From: a virus
Taxonomy: Duplodnaviria > Caudoviricetes
Reading direction: 5' to 3' (one strand)
Length of the DNA stretch: 64,000 bases
IMG/VR virus record: IMGVR_UViG_3300002092_001784
Location: 32,001-96,000 of that record
A model generated the notes under the pieces. It was given only the letters and a program-made list of their open reading frames with translations. It was not told the DNA's origin and did no database searches. Made by a program: the position numbers and the translations under genes. Shown piece by piece: positions 17,769 to 26,915 of this stretch (positions are counted from its first letter, which is position 1; each line of letters opens with the position of its first letter).

Positions 17769-18884
17769 ATGAATTTTTGGGAAGGTCAAATTAGTAAAGA
17801 TGCTAGAAAAGTGTTGGTGATACCGAATATCACCAACTCTAGCAATATAGAGAAAGATTCATTCGTAGATGTTATTTACAACCACATAAAGGGGTTAGAG
17901 CAATACGGTGAATACTTTTGGAATATCATATTGCCAGAACCGGTTAAGAAGTTGAATTTACCCAATGTAAAGCAACATGTCTTACCATTTTCTGGTGATA
18001 TGATAAAAATGCGTACATATCCACCTGATATGAATCGTATTCTTGAGCAAGTAGACTATGATGTAATATATTCACATTTACCCGATTGGCCGCAGGTTGG
18101 TAGATACCGAAACAATTTTGATACAAAAATAATTGGGTATTGTCATTGGTGGGAAATGAAAACTTGCAATGCGGAAGATCGAAAGAATAAATGGCGATGG
18201 TTACCAGTTGAATTGTTAGGTATATCACAAATGGAAACTTGTTATTTGAATACTCAAGATCAAAAGAATAGAGTTTTAGCCGAAGCAAGTGATACTTTCA
18301 ATAGTGAGTTTGTTGCTAAATTAGACTCAATATTAACAGTATGGAATTTGGGATTACCAAAAGATAAAATAGTTGATAACGCATCAAATGATAAATCTAA
18401 CATAATCGTATTCAATCATAGAGCAGCTGCATATAAGGGATATCCTGATTTTATTAAGTTGATGGTAGAGTATCGTGAAAAAAGACAAGATTTTAGCGTA
18501 TGGGTGCCTCAATTAAATGGTACTCCATCTGAAAATTGGATTGATAATACGAAGATGCCAAAGCATGAATATTATAAACGATTACAGCAATGTAAGGTTG
18601 GTGTGCAGATGAGGCAAACTAATTACGGTTGGAGTGTATCGGGTACAGATTGCATGATGAACGGTACACCTATGATTTTTCAAGATTCCCTTTGTTATAG
18701 AGAAATAGACCCAAATGGTATGTTTTTCAAATACAAAAAAGACTTTTTCGAAATGTTGGACAAAATGTTAGATGATGAATCTTTCAGAAAAGAACATGAA
18801 GTTAGGAGTATAAATAGAGCAATCGAACTTTCAGCCAATGAAGGTATAATGCTTGCTGAATTACACAAAAAACTAAATAGCTAA
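17769..18884 (+). CDS. GT-B fold glycosyltransferase, candidate DNA glycosyltransferase
   Basis: IVFNHR...KG and GWSVSGTDCMMNGTP (GT4-like); coupled to PolB. Confidence 0.7.
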   Translation: MNFWEGQISKDARKVLVIPNITNSSNIEKDSFVDVIYNHIKGLEQYGEYFWNIILPEPVKKLNLPNVKQHVLPFSGDMIKMRTYPPDMNRILEQVDYDVIYSHLPDWPQVGRYRNNFDTKIIGYCHWWEMKTCNAEDRKNKWRWLPVELLGISQMETCYLNTQDQKNRVLAEASDTFNSEFVAKLDSILTVWNLGLPKDKIVDNASNDKSNIIVFNHRAAAYKGYPDFIKLMVEYREKRQDFSVWVPQLNGTPSENWIDNTKMPKHEYYKRLQQCKVGVQMRQTNYGWSVSGTDCMMNGTPMIFQDSLCYREIDPNGMFFKYKKDFFEMLDKMLDDESFRKEHEVRSINRAIELSANEGIMLAELHKKLNS

Positions 18885-21406
18885 TGGCATATCAAAACAT
18901 TTATTTTCAGAGAAATCAAAATCTAATGCACATTTGGGATGATCATCGGGGATATAGGACATTTCCGTATTCTCGTTATGCATATCAAAAAGACCCAAAT
19001 GGACAATTTACGTCTTTATATGGCGATAAACTTACTAAAATTTTCAAATTTTCAAAGGATGATCCAAATTTATTCGAATCCGATGTCCCAGAAACTACAC
19101 GGGTTTTGGTAGATACATATACGGATAGTGATTTACCATCGGAAGGACATATCATTTTAACATATGATATTGAGGTTGAAATGGATTCCGGTCTTCCTGA
19201 TGTTCAGAAGGCTGAAAATGAAATAACTGCTATTGGTTTGCATGATTCTGCTACAAACCATTATTGGGTATTGATTATGGATAAAGCCGGTAAGATGGAT
19301 GGTGTTGAAACTGGAAACCGAACCGTTATACCGTTTAGATACGAAGATGATTTATTATTAAAATACATTGATTTGTATGAGGAAATAAATCCAACAATCG
19401 TTACTGGATGGAATATTGATAATTTTGATACTCCGTTTTTATACAATAGAATAAAAAGATTATTGGGTGAGAAGCAAGCCAATCGTTTATCGCCGATTGG
19501 TGAGGTGTTCTGGTCACCATATCGTAAACGATATTTTATTGCCGGTGTATCTTATTTGGATTACATTGAATTGTATAAGAACTTTACATATTCGGAGTTA
19601 GCAAATTACCGCTTGGACAGTATTGCTAATATCGAATTGGGTAGAGGAAAACTTGAGTATACTGGAAATTTGGATAACCTGTTTAAGACAGACCCTAATA
19701 AGTTTATAGAATACAACATTACTGACGTTGAGTTGGTGGTTAGTATGGATGCTAAATTACAATTCATTGATTTGTGTAGAGGTATATGCCATGCAGGCCA
19801 CGTTCCGTATGAAGATTTTGTATATTCATCGAAATACCTTGAAGGCGCTATTCTTTGTTATTTGAAACGAAGGGGTATTGTTGCTCCTAACAAACCTGCG
19901 GATAGGCAGGAAAGGATGCAGGCTCTTAAAGATAATGAGCAAGAAAAGTTCATTGGTGCATATGTGAAGGCACCGATAGTTGGTAAGTATGAATGGGTGT
20001 ATGACTTAGACTTAACATCGCTATATCCATCTATCATTATGGGTGTAAATATATCACCGGAAACCAAAGTTGCTAAGATTTCGAATTGGGACTCTTCAAA
20101 GTATATGAAGGGCGAGATTGATACATTTAATATTGATGGACAATCCATTACCAACGATAACCTTAAACTGATGTTGCAAGAGGAAAAATATACTATTTCA
20201 TCAAACGGTGTATTATATCGGACAGATAAAGTAGGTTGTATACCTGATATTTTGGATTTATGGTTCAATCAGCGTGTTGAATTTCGTAAGTTAGAAAAGA
20301 AATACGGTGAAGAAGGTGATAAGGTACAACATGCATTTTATAAAAGGAGACAGCATGTTCAGAAGATTTTGCTTAATTCACTTTATGGTGTATTAGGTTT
20401 GCCAGCGTTTCGTTTCTACGATGTTGATAATGCAGAAGCAGTTACAACTTCTGGGCAGATGGTTATTAAATCAACTGCGGATATGGCTAACATCAAATAT
20501 AACAAAGAATTGGGAACGGGTGATGCAGATTATAATATTTACATCGATACGGATTCCATTTTCTTTAGTGCAGTGCCGATTTTGGATTTCCGATATGCGG
20601 ATTGGAGAAGTGGTACTCAAGAAGATATAGCAAAATTGGTTGATACTGTTGCAGGTGAAACGCAAGATTATCTGAATAATTTTTATAACATTTTAGCGGA
20701 GAGGGTATTTAATATTCCAAAAGGTAAACATCGTTTTCAGATTAAGAAAGAGTTTGTATCCAGAAGTGCAATTTGGTTAGCTAAGAAACGATATGCTATG
20801 GCAATTGTAGCTGAAAATGGATTACCAATAAATAGGTTGGATGTAAAGGGATTAGACGTTGTACGTTCATCATATCCTGCACAGTTCCGTAAATTTATGA
20901 GTGAGGTATTGATTGATATTCTGAATGGTAAAACAGAAAATGAGTTGAGTGATAAGATATATTACTTTAAGTTGGACCTTAGAAATATGGATGCCGTTTC
21001 AATAGCTAAAAATTCGGCAGTAAAAGAATTATCGAAGTATATTCCGAAAGGAAAGCAAACGGCAATGTTTCGATTTAATTCCGGTACTCCTGCGCATGTG
21101 AAGGCGGCAATTGCATTTAATCAATTAATTAAACATTTTAATTGTCCTACAAGTATTGAACCAATGCGTGATGGTGATAAGATAAAATGGATGTATCTGA
21201 AACAAAATCCGTATGGGTTGGATGCCGTTGGGTTTAAGGGATACGAAGACCCGACAGAAATAATTGAGTTCATAAAAACATATGCTGATTATGATGAAGT
21301 ATTTGAACGTGAACTTCTAGGTAAGTTGGAAGATTTCTATACCGCATTGAAGTGGGGTTCGCCGTTAGGTAGCACGAAAGTCTCAGAACAATTTTTTCAA
21401 TTTTAA
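18884..21406 (+). CDS. polB: family B DNA polymerase (T4 gp43-like)
   Basis: TYDIEV ExoI, DLDLTSLYPS, KILLNSLYG, YIDTDS, KKRY, KGLDVVR. Confidence 0.97.
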   Translation: MAYQNIYFQRNQNLMHIWDDHRGYRTFPYSRYAYQKDPNGQFTSLYGDKLTKIFKFSKDDPNLFESDVPETTRVLVDTYTDSDLPSEGHIILTYDIEVEMDSGLPDVQKAENEITAIGLHDSATNHYWVLIMDKAGKMDGVETGNRTVIPFRYEDDLLLKYIDLYEEINPTIVTGWNIDNFDTPFLYNRIKRLLGEKQANRLSPIGEVFWSPYRKRYFIAGVSYLDYIELYKNFTYSELANYRLDSIANIELGRGKLEYTGNLDNLFKTDPNKFIEYNITDVELVVSMDAKLQFIDLCRGICHAGHVPYEDFVYSSKYLEGAILCYLKRRGIVAPNKPADRQERMQALKDNEQEKFIGAYVKAPIVGKYEWVYDLDLTSLYPSIIMGVNISPETKVAKISNWDSSKYMKGEIDTFNIDGQSITNDNLKLMLQEEKYTISSNGVLYRTDKVGCIPDILDLWFNQRVEFRKLEKKYGEEGDKVQHAFYKRRQHVQKILLNSLYGVLGLPAFRFYDVDNAEAVTTSGQMVIKSTADMANIKYNKELGTGDADYNIYIDTDSIFFSAVPILDFRYADWRSGTQEDIAKLVDTVAGETQDYLNNFYNILAERVFNIPKGKHRFQIKKEFVSRSAIWLAKKRYAMAIVAENGLPINRLDVKGLDVVRSSYPAQFRKFMSEVLIDILNGKTENELSDKIYYFKLDLRNMDAVSIAKNSAVKELSKYIPKGKQTAMFRFNSGTPAHVKAAIAFNQLIKHFNCPTSIEPMRDGDKIKWMYLKQNPYGLDAVGFKGYEDPTEIIEFIKTYADYDEVFERELLGKLEDFYTALKWGSPLGSTKVSEQFFQF

Positions 21407-21409
21407 TAT

Positions 21410-22372
21410 ATGAAAGTTACAGTTGTAATTAGAACATATAATAGGACTGATTTTTTGAAGCAGTGTCTTGCTTCAGTGAAGTTGCAAACACATACCGATT
21501 GGGAAGTTTTAATATTTGATGATGGTGGTAGTGATGCTAATTTTGAAATATACAATAAATTTAAGGCAGAAAATTCCGATAAACGAATAGTATATCTAAC
21601 AACACACACTGCGTATGAACTATTTTGTAATTCATGGTTACTTGCTCCCAATTTGGCAACGGGTGATATTATGGTTAGGTTGGATGATGATGATCTATTA
21701 GCAGAAGATTGTTTGAGTTACATATCCGATTTATATGAACGAAATGAAGATTTAGATTTCACATACGGAACTGCGGTTACATTTGATGGTGATAATCTTA
21801 TGACTATGATGGATACAATGAATCCACAAGAAGCACCTAAAACTCAAACTGCATGGGCTGGTTATACTATACCAAATAATCATCCATGGAGAGACCCGTT
21901 TTGTTGGTATGAGAATTATTATGAAGAACCTCAACCATTTACATCTATAATCCATTGTAGTAAATCGAATATAATGTGCATTTATCATTTATATTCAATG
22001 AGAACTGAATCGGTCAGACGTGTGAAGGATAAGATTACAGTAACTTCTAAATATGTAGATGATTTGGAATTTTTAGGAAGTTTGGATTATTTGGGATTAA
22101 CACATACATCAATACATAAAATACTTTCTTATGTTAGAGAGCATGATACAGGTAGGGTATCTGATAGGGGTAAGTTAACCGATGGTACTACATTGTGGGA
22201 TGATATACTGAGAATTAGAGATAAAGTAGATTATTTAAGACCTGCTGGATTTCAATCAAGAGTAATACCAATCAACGCAACCAATAATACCAATAACGGT
22301 ATTACCTATGAGTTACAAAATACGTTCTCACACTATTATAGTAGAATAAAATTCAAATCTTTAGTATATTAA
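21410..22372 (+). CDS. glycosyltransferase family 2
   Basis: VVIRTYNR, LIFDDGGSD, RLDDDD. Confidence 0.85.
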   Translation: MKVTVVIRTYNRTDFLKQCLASVKLQTHTDWEVLIFDDGGSDANFEIYNKFKAENSDKRIVYLTTHTAYELFCNSWLLAPNLATGDIMVRLDDDDLLAEDCLSYISDLYERNEDLDFTYGTAVTFDGDNLMTMMDTMNPQEAPKTQTAWAGYTIPNNHPWRDPFCWYENYYEEPQPFTSIIHCSKSNIMCIYHLYSMRTESVRRVKDKITVTSKYVDDLEFLGSLDYLGLTHTSIHKILSYVREHDTGRVSDRGKLTDGTTLWDDILRIRDKVDYLRPAGFQSRVIPINATNNTNNGITYELQNTFSHYYSRIKFKSLVY

Positions 22373-22404
22373 TTTGGAAATACGAATAATTTTTCGTATA
22401 TTTG
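22373..22404 (+). promoter_or_regulatory. Bacteroidota sigma-70-type promoter
   Basis: TTTG-N20-TATATTTG upstream of the clamp gene. Confidence 0.75.
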
Positions 22405-22439
22405 TACAGAATATAAAATTTAACAATAAACTTTGAAAC

Positions 22440-23135
22440 ATGAAAAGAGCAAAACTCGATGGTTTTATTAATCGTTACAATTTGGGTGGCGAAATTGAGT
22501 CTGTTATGATTAAATCAACAGATGAAAAATTATCAGTCCGTATGATTTCGGATGATAAAACATTATTGGGAACAGTATCTATGTTGGATACTGAATTTCC
22601 TACGGGAGAATTTGGAATTTATACAACTTCCCAATTGAAGGGATTACTGAATGTATTGGATGATGGCATCACCGTAGAGGAAGTTACAGGTGCATTAAAA
22701 TTTTCGGATAAGAAAACCAAAATGCAATATATGTTGGCAGCGCCATCGGTTATTCCATCCGTACCAGAACTTAAAGCATTACCTGCATTTGAAGCAGAAA
22801 TTGCATTGAATGATGAATTTGTAAATAAGTTCATTAAATCTACCGGAGCATTATCTGATTCTCTTACATTTACATTCACCTACAAAAAAGGTGTTGGTGA
22901 GATTATTTTAGGATATTCATCTATCAATTCAAATCGTATTGCTATTGATACTGATACGAAATCGGAAGTTGATATTGAACCAATTGCGTTTTCATCAAAA
23001 TATCTGAAAGCTATTCTTAATGCAAATCGGGGTGCTAAAACATCTTCATTGAAGATTTCATCTAAGGGGTTGGCAGCTGTTTCATTTGAGGCAGATGAAT
23101 ATACTACCCAGTATTATCTTGTTGAAGTAAAATAA
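22440..23135 (+). CDS. DNA polymerase sliding clamp (T4 gp45-like)
   Basis: 231 aa; FGIY...L..LL and YMLAAPSVIP patterns; replisome context. Confidence 0.75.
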   Translation: MKRAKLDGFINRYNLGGEIESVMIKSTDEKLSVRMISDDKTLLGTVSMLDTEFPTGEFGIYTTSQLKGLLNVLDDGITVEEVTGALKFSDKKTKMQYMLAAPSVIPSVPELKALPAFEAEIALNDEFVNKFIKSTGALSDSLTFTFTYKKGVGEIILGYSSINSNRIAIDTDTKSEVDIEPIAFSSKYLKAILNANRGAKTSSLKISSKGLAAVSFEADEYTTQYYLVEVK

Positions 23136-23150
23136 TTAAAATCATAAAGT

Positions 23151-24365
23151 ATGAATTTTTGGGATACTGAACCACAAACACCTGTTTTTGATTTTGATAT
23201 TGAAAAACAGAAATTGATTGAAAATATGGATTATCTGTTTGCAATGTCCGTTCAAGAACAGACACTTTATAAAAAATGGGTGGAGCTCCAAGAACCTACC
23301 ATGCAGAAAGATAAATCCCAAATATCCACATATTATGATATGCAATGGAAACCAACCGATATCAATAATAAGGAACTAACGATTGCCGAAATTCAATCGT
23401 TAGAACCTTATGTTGAGATTGTGGATGATAATGCTGCCGAATCTACCAAATGGGCTCAAATCCGTAGAATGATTCATACAATGGATTTTACGGCAAACCC
23501 CGGTAGAAATGTGAAAATCAATGTAAAGGATAGAAAGACGGGTAAGTTATTGGGTCAAATTTCTCTTGCATCGGATGTTACATCATTGGGGGTGCGTGAT
23601 GAATATATTGGGTGGACTAAGGATGACAAATTCAAAAAAGGTAAACTGAATCACACTACCATTGCATCTACTATTGTATGTACACAGCCATTGGGATATA
23701 ACTTTTTGGGTGGTAAACTGATAGCTATGATGTGTACTGTACCTGAAGTTAGAGAACATTGGAAGAAAAAATACGATAATACTTTAATCGCAGTTGGAAC
23801 AACTTCGTTATATGGTATCAATTCTCAGTACACAGGCCTTCCACTTTTCAAAACTTTGGGTGAAAGTAAAGGTAAGATCAGTATAAAACCTGATGATAAA
23901 TTTTATGATCCATGGCACCAATGGTTAAAAGAAAATCGTACAGAGTGGTATAAGAAAAACATAACAGAAGAGCGTGAACGAAATGGCGCTAATATGGGTT
24001 ATGAACGAAATGGACCTGTTAGTGGCATCAAACAAAAGATTCTTACACAAATTTTCAAAGAGTGTGGTATTAAAGCAAATGAATATCATCACGGATTTAA
24101 GCGTGGAATTTATTTGGCTATGATGTACGAAAATGGTAATGATTTTCTTTGTGATAAAATTGGTGAAGACCAACTAAAACTTAGAGATAAGTTTGTGAAG
24201 GGAACAGATTATATTATGGAGTGGTGGAAACGACACGCTATTAGTAGATATACCAAGCTACATACAGAGGGACGTTTGAAACCGGATCATCTTTTTTACA
24301 TCAATGGTATAGGACAAGATTGGGATAGCTTTAAGGCCGAATACTTAGGAGAAGTTGGACGTTAA
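23151..24365 (+). CDS. DUF4338 / Druantia DruA-like protein
   Basis: PGRNVK..VKDRKTGKLLGQISLASDV..L..RD.YIGW and YNFLGGKLIA...TTSLYG pattern. Confidence 0.7.
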   Translation: MNFWDTEPQTPVFDFDIEKQKLIENMDYLFAMSVQEQTLYKKWVELQEPTMQKDKSQISTYYDMQWKPTDINNKELTIAEIQSLEPYVEIVDDNAAESTKWAQIRRMIHTMDFTANPGRNVKINVKDRKTGKLLGQISLASDVTSLGVRDEYIGWTKDDKFKKGKLNHTTIASTIVCTQPLGYNFLGGKLIAMMCTVPEVREHWKKKYDNTLIAVGTTSLYGINSQYTGLPLFKTLGESKGKISIKPDDKFYDPWHQWLKENRTEWYKKNITEERERNGANMGYERNGPVSGIKQKILTQIFKECGIKANEYHHGFKRGIYLAMMYENGNDFLCDKIGEDQLKLRDKFVKGTDYIMEWWKRHAISRYTKLHTEGRLKPDHLFYINGIGQDWDSFKAEYLGEVGR

Positions 24366-24376
24366 AAACAATAATT

Positions 24377-24556
24377 ATGAAACAGTATGTCAGACTATGG
24401 GGTGATGCTAGTGAGCAATATTTATGGTCATATTTAGAAGATTTGGTTAACAAAGGTTATACGATTATTTCAGTAACTCCAACTGAATGGTATACAAAAC
24501 CATTTAGACCAGACCACTATCAGGTAGTTGAAGCAGTCATTATAGTAAGTAAGTAA
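24377..24556 (+). CDS. hypothetical protein (59 aa, not in the ORF track)
   Basis: ATG..TAA ORF MKQYVRLWGD...VIIVSK exactly fills the gap. Confidence 0.55.
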   Translation: MKQYVRLWGDASEQYLWSYLEDLVNKGYTIISVTPTEWYTKPFRPDHYQVVEAVIIVSK

Positions 24557-24561
24557 AACGT

Positions 24562-24873
24562 ATGAAAATGGAAGAAACGATAAAAAAATATACAGATTTA
24601 GGAGTACTGCCTGAGAAAGTAGTATATACGCCGCTTTCCTCATTATGTATATGGTCTATAAGTAGAAAGTGTTTAGTTGGGAGTGATGCGAAGTATCCTG
24701 CCGAAGAGTTGGTTAAGGACGGTAAAAACTATAAAATTACTTATGAAAATAACCGTATGGTATCATTACATATTCATACTACTATAAATGCCGATGAGAT
24801 CAATAAATCGGAAGGTATTATAGTTACAGAGTGTGATACATTTTTTCGTTATGAATTTATACCTACAAAATAA
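24562..24873 (+). CDS. hypothetical protein
   Basis: 103 aa ORF. Confidence 0.55.
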   Translation: MKMEETIKKYTDLGVLPEKVVYTPLSSLCIWSISRKCLVGSDAKYPAEELVKDGKNYKITYENNRMVSLHIHTTINADEINKSEGIIVTECDTFFRYEFIPTK

Positions 24874-24890
24874 AAATTAAGAAATTAAAT

Positions 24891-25316
24891 ATGAAAGTAA
24901 AAATAAAAAAACTATCAAATACAGCAGTAATACCAACATATTCAAAACCCGGAGATGCTGGATTGGATTTAACCGCAACTGGAATTATAAGTAATACGAC
25001 TTTCGAAATTACATATGGAACTGGTATTGCATTACAAATCCCAGACGGATATGTTGGATTGATATTTCCTCGTTCATCTATACGAAAATACGAATTACAA
25101 CTGAGTAATTCAGTTGGTGTAATAGATAGTGGATACAGGGGAGAGATACAGTTTACATTTAATAAAACAAACAAACTTGATTCGTTCTCGTATCGTGTAG
25201 GTGATAGAATCGGGCAGATTATAATATTACCATATCCACAAATTGAATTTGAAGAAACGGATGAACTATCTGATACGGAAAGAGGTGATGGTGGGTTTGG
25301 GCATACTGGAAAATAA
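24891..25316 (+). CDS. dut: trimeric dUTP diphosphatase
   Basis: DAGLDL, FPRSS, VGVIDSGYRGEI, RIGQ, RGDGGFGHTG. Confidence 0.95.
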   Translation: MKVKIKKLSNTAVIPTYSKPGDAGLDLTATGIISNTTFEITYGTGIALQIPDGYVGLIFPRSSIRKYELQLSNSVGVIDSGYRGEIQFTFNKTNKLDSFSYRVGDRIGQIIILPYPQIEFEETDELSDTERGDGGFGHTGK

Positions 25317-25324
25317 TACGAATT

Positions 25325-25858
25325 ATGAGTCAAACAATTAAATTATTAAAAGAAGCATTAAAAGATATAGCCGGAGATACTACCGGCTATAAAATTTACT
25401 GTGATATGGATGGTGTTCTTACGGATTTTGATAAACAATTCAAAGATATAACAGGTATACCTGCTAATGAATTTGAAAAAACACATTCTCAAACTGAATT
25501 TTGGGGAGAAGTTGAAAAGGGCGGATTGGAATATTGGACAAAAATGGAATGGATGCCGGGTGGAAAGCAGTTATGGAATTTTATTAAGAACTATGATGTT
25601 GAAATTCTATCAGCTCCATCAAAATCTAAACTTTCAATTATTGGTAAAAAGCAATGGGTATCTGAAAACCTATCACCTAAACCTAAATTGAATTTGGTTA
25701 GAGCCAAAGAAAAACAGAAGTTTGCAAATTCACACGCAATACTAATCGATGATAGACCACAAAATTTAGAACAATGGAAAGCAGCCGGTGGTATTGCAAT
25801 AAAATGTGTGAATGGTGAGGTTAGTTCAGTAATAGATAAATTAAAAAAATATGTTTGA
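25325..25858 (+). CDS. 5'(3')-deoxyribonucleotidase (HAD superfamily)
   Basis: IYCDMDGVLTDF, ILSAPS, ILIDDRPQNLEQWKAAGG. Confidence 0.85.
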   Translation: MSQTIKLLKEALKDIAGDTTGYKIYCDMDGVLTDFDKQFKDITGIPANEFEKTHSQTEFWGEVEKGGLEYWTKMEWMPGGKQLWNFIKNYDVEILSAPSKSKLSIIGKKQWVSENLSPKPKLNLVRAKEKQKFANSHAILIDDRPQNLEQWKAAGGIAIKCVNGEVSSVIDKLKKYV

Positions 25859-26792
25859 AACAGTAAACGAAAAGAAAAACAACAGTTTATGGACTGAGTC
25901 ATACCGACCAACCAAATTGGCGGATTACATCGGAAATGAACACTTAAAATCAAAAGTAGAGGGGTATTTGGAATCGGGCGATATACCTCATTTACTGTTA
26001 TATGGCAAAGCTGGAACTGGTAAGACTACATTGGCTAAATTGATTGTAAATTCAATCGATTGTGATATGATGATTATCAACGCATCTGATGAAAACAATG
26101 TTGAAACAGTTAGAACAAAGGTGAAGAACTTTGCATCGTCTATGGGATTCAAACCATTTAAGATTGTTATTTTGGATGAGTTTGATTATATGACTGCAAA
26201 CGCACAGGCGATTCTTCGTAACTTAATGGAAACATTTTCACAGCATTGCCGGTTTATCTTAACGTGTAATTATGTTGAAAAGGTAATTGAACCAATTCAG
26301 AGCAGATGTCAGACATTTCAAATCGTACCGCCAACTAAAAAAGATGTTGCAATTCGGATAAGTCAAATATTGAAAGACCAGAACATAAAGTTTGAGTTGA
26401 AGGATTTGGTTCCTGTTATTGATGCAGCATATCCTGATATTCGTAAGATTATTAATACCTGTCAACTTAATTCTATTAAAGGTGAATTGAAGGTTGATGT
26501 TCAAAATCTGTTAGAGAATGATTATAAGACCAAAATTGTGGACATTCTTACATCTAAAAATGATAAAAGAAATAAGTACATGCAATGCAGGCAAACTCTT
26601 ATTGATTCAAAGGTTACAGATTTTACCGAACTATATACGTTACTTTACGATAAAGTTGACGAATACGGCGGTGAAAATACAGCTAATATCATTTTGATAT
26701 TAGGGGAGAGTGTATATAAGAGTGCGTTGGCAATCGACAAAGAAATCATTGCTGCGGCGACAATTATTAGTATCATTAATCTGATAGGATAA
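25851..26792 (+). CDS. clamp loader AAA+ subunit (RFC/gp44-like)
   Basis: LWTESYRP, GKAGTGKT, INASDE, ILDEFD, IQSRC. Confidence 0.93.
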   Translation: MFETVNEKKNNSLWTESYRPTKLADYIGNEHLKSKVEGYLESGDIPHLLLYGKAGTGKTTLAKLIVNSIDCDMMIINASDENNVETVRTKVKNFASSMGFKPFKIVILDEFDYMTANAQAILRNLMETFSQHCRFILTCNYVEKVIEPIQSRCQTFQIVPPTKKDVAIRISQILKDQNIKFELKDLVPVIDAAYPDIRKIINTCQLNSIKGELKVDVQNLLENDYKTKIVDILTSKNDKRNKYMQCRQTLIDSKVTDFTELYTLLYDKVDEYGGENTANIILILGESVYKSALAIDKEIIAAATIISIINLIG

Positions 26793-26812
26793 TCTACTTT
26801 TTTAATTTGGTA

Positions 26813-26909
26813 ATATTTATATATGTAGGGTCACAGCTACATAAATAACGAATTAAAATATACCCATTGGTGAGTAGAGACTGTGACCTCGAAAGCCTAT
26901 GGGTTTTTT
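26813..26909 (+). ncRNA. candidate structured RNA (two hairpins with 8-bp loop-loop complementarity) upstream of the GIY-YIG gene
   Basis: TATGTAG/CTACATA stem with loop GGTCACAG; ACCCAT/ATGGGT stem containing CTGTGACC; T6 tract; ATATTTAT box at 26813. Confidence 0.6.
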
Positions 26910-26915
26910 ATTAAG

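Noticed and set aside
6936-21406. Inteins or group I introns in UvsX, helicase, RNR or PolB
   Set aside because: Lengths are ordinary, motifs are contiguous, and there are no intein C/HN signatures or frame interruptions.
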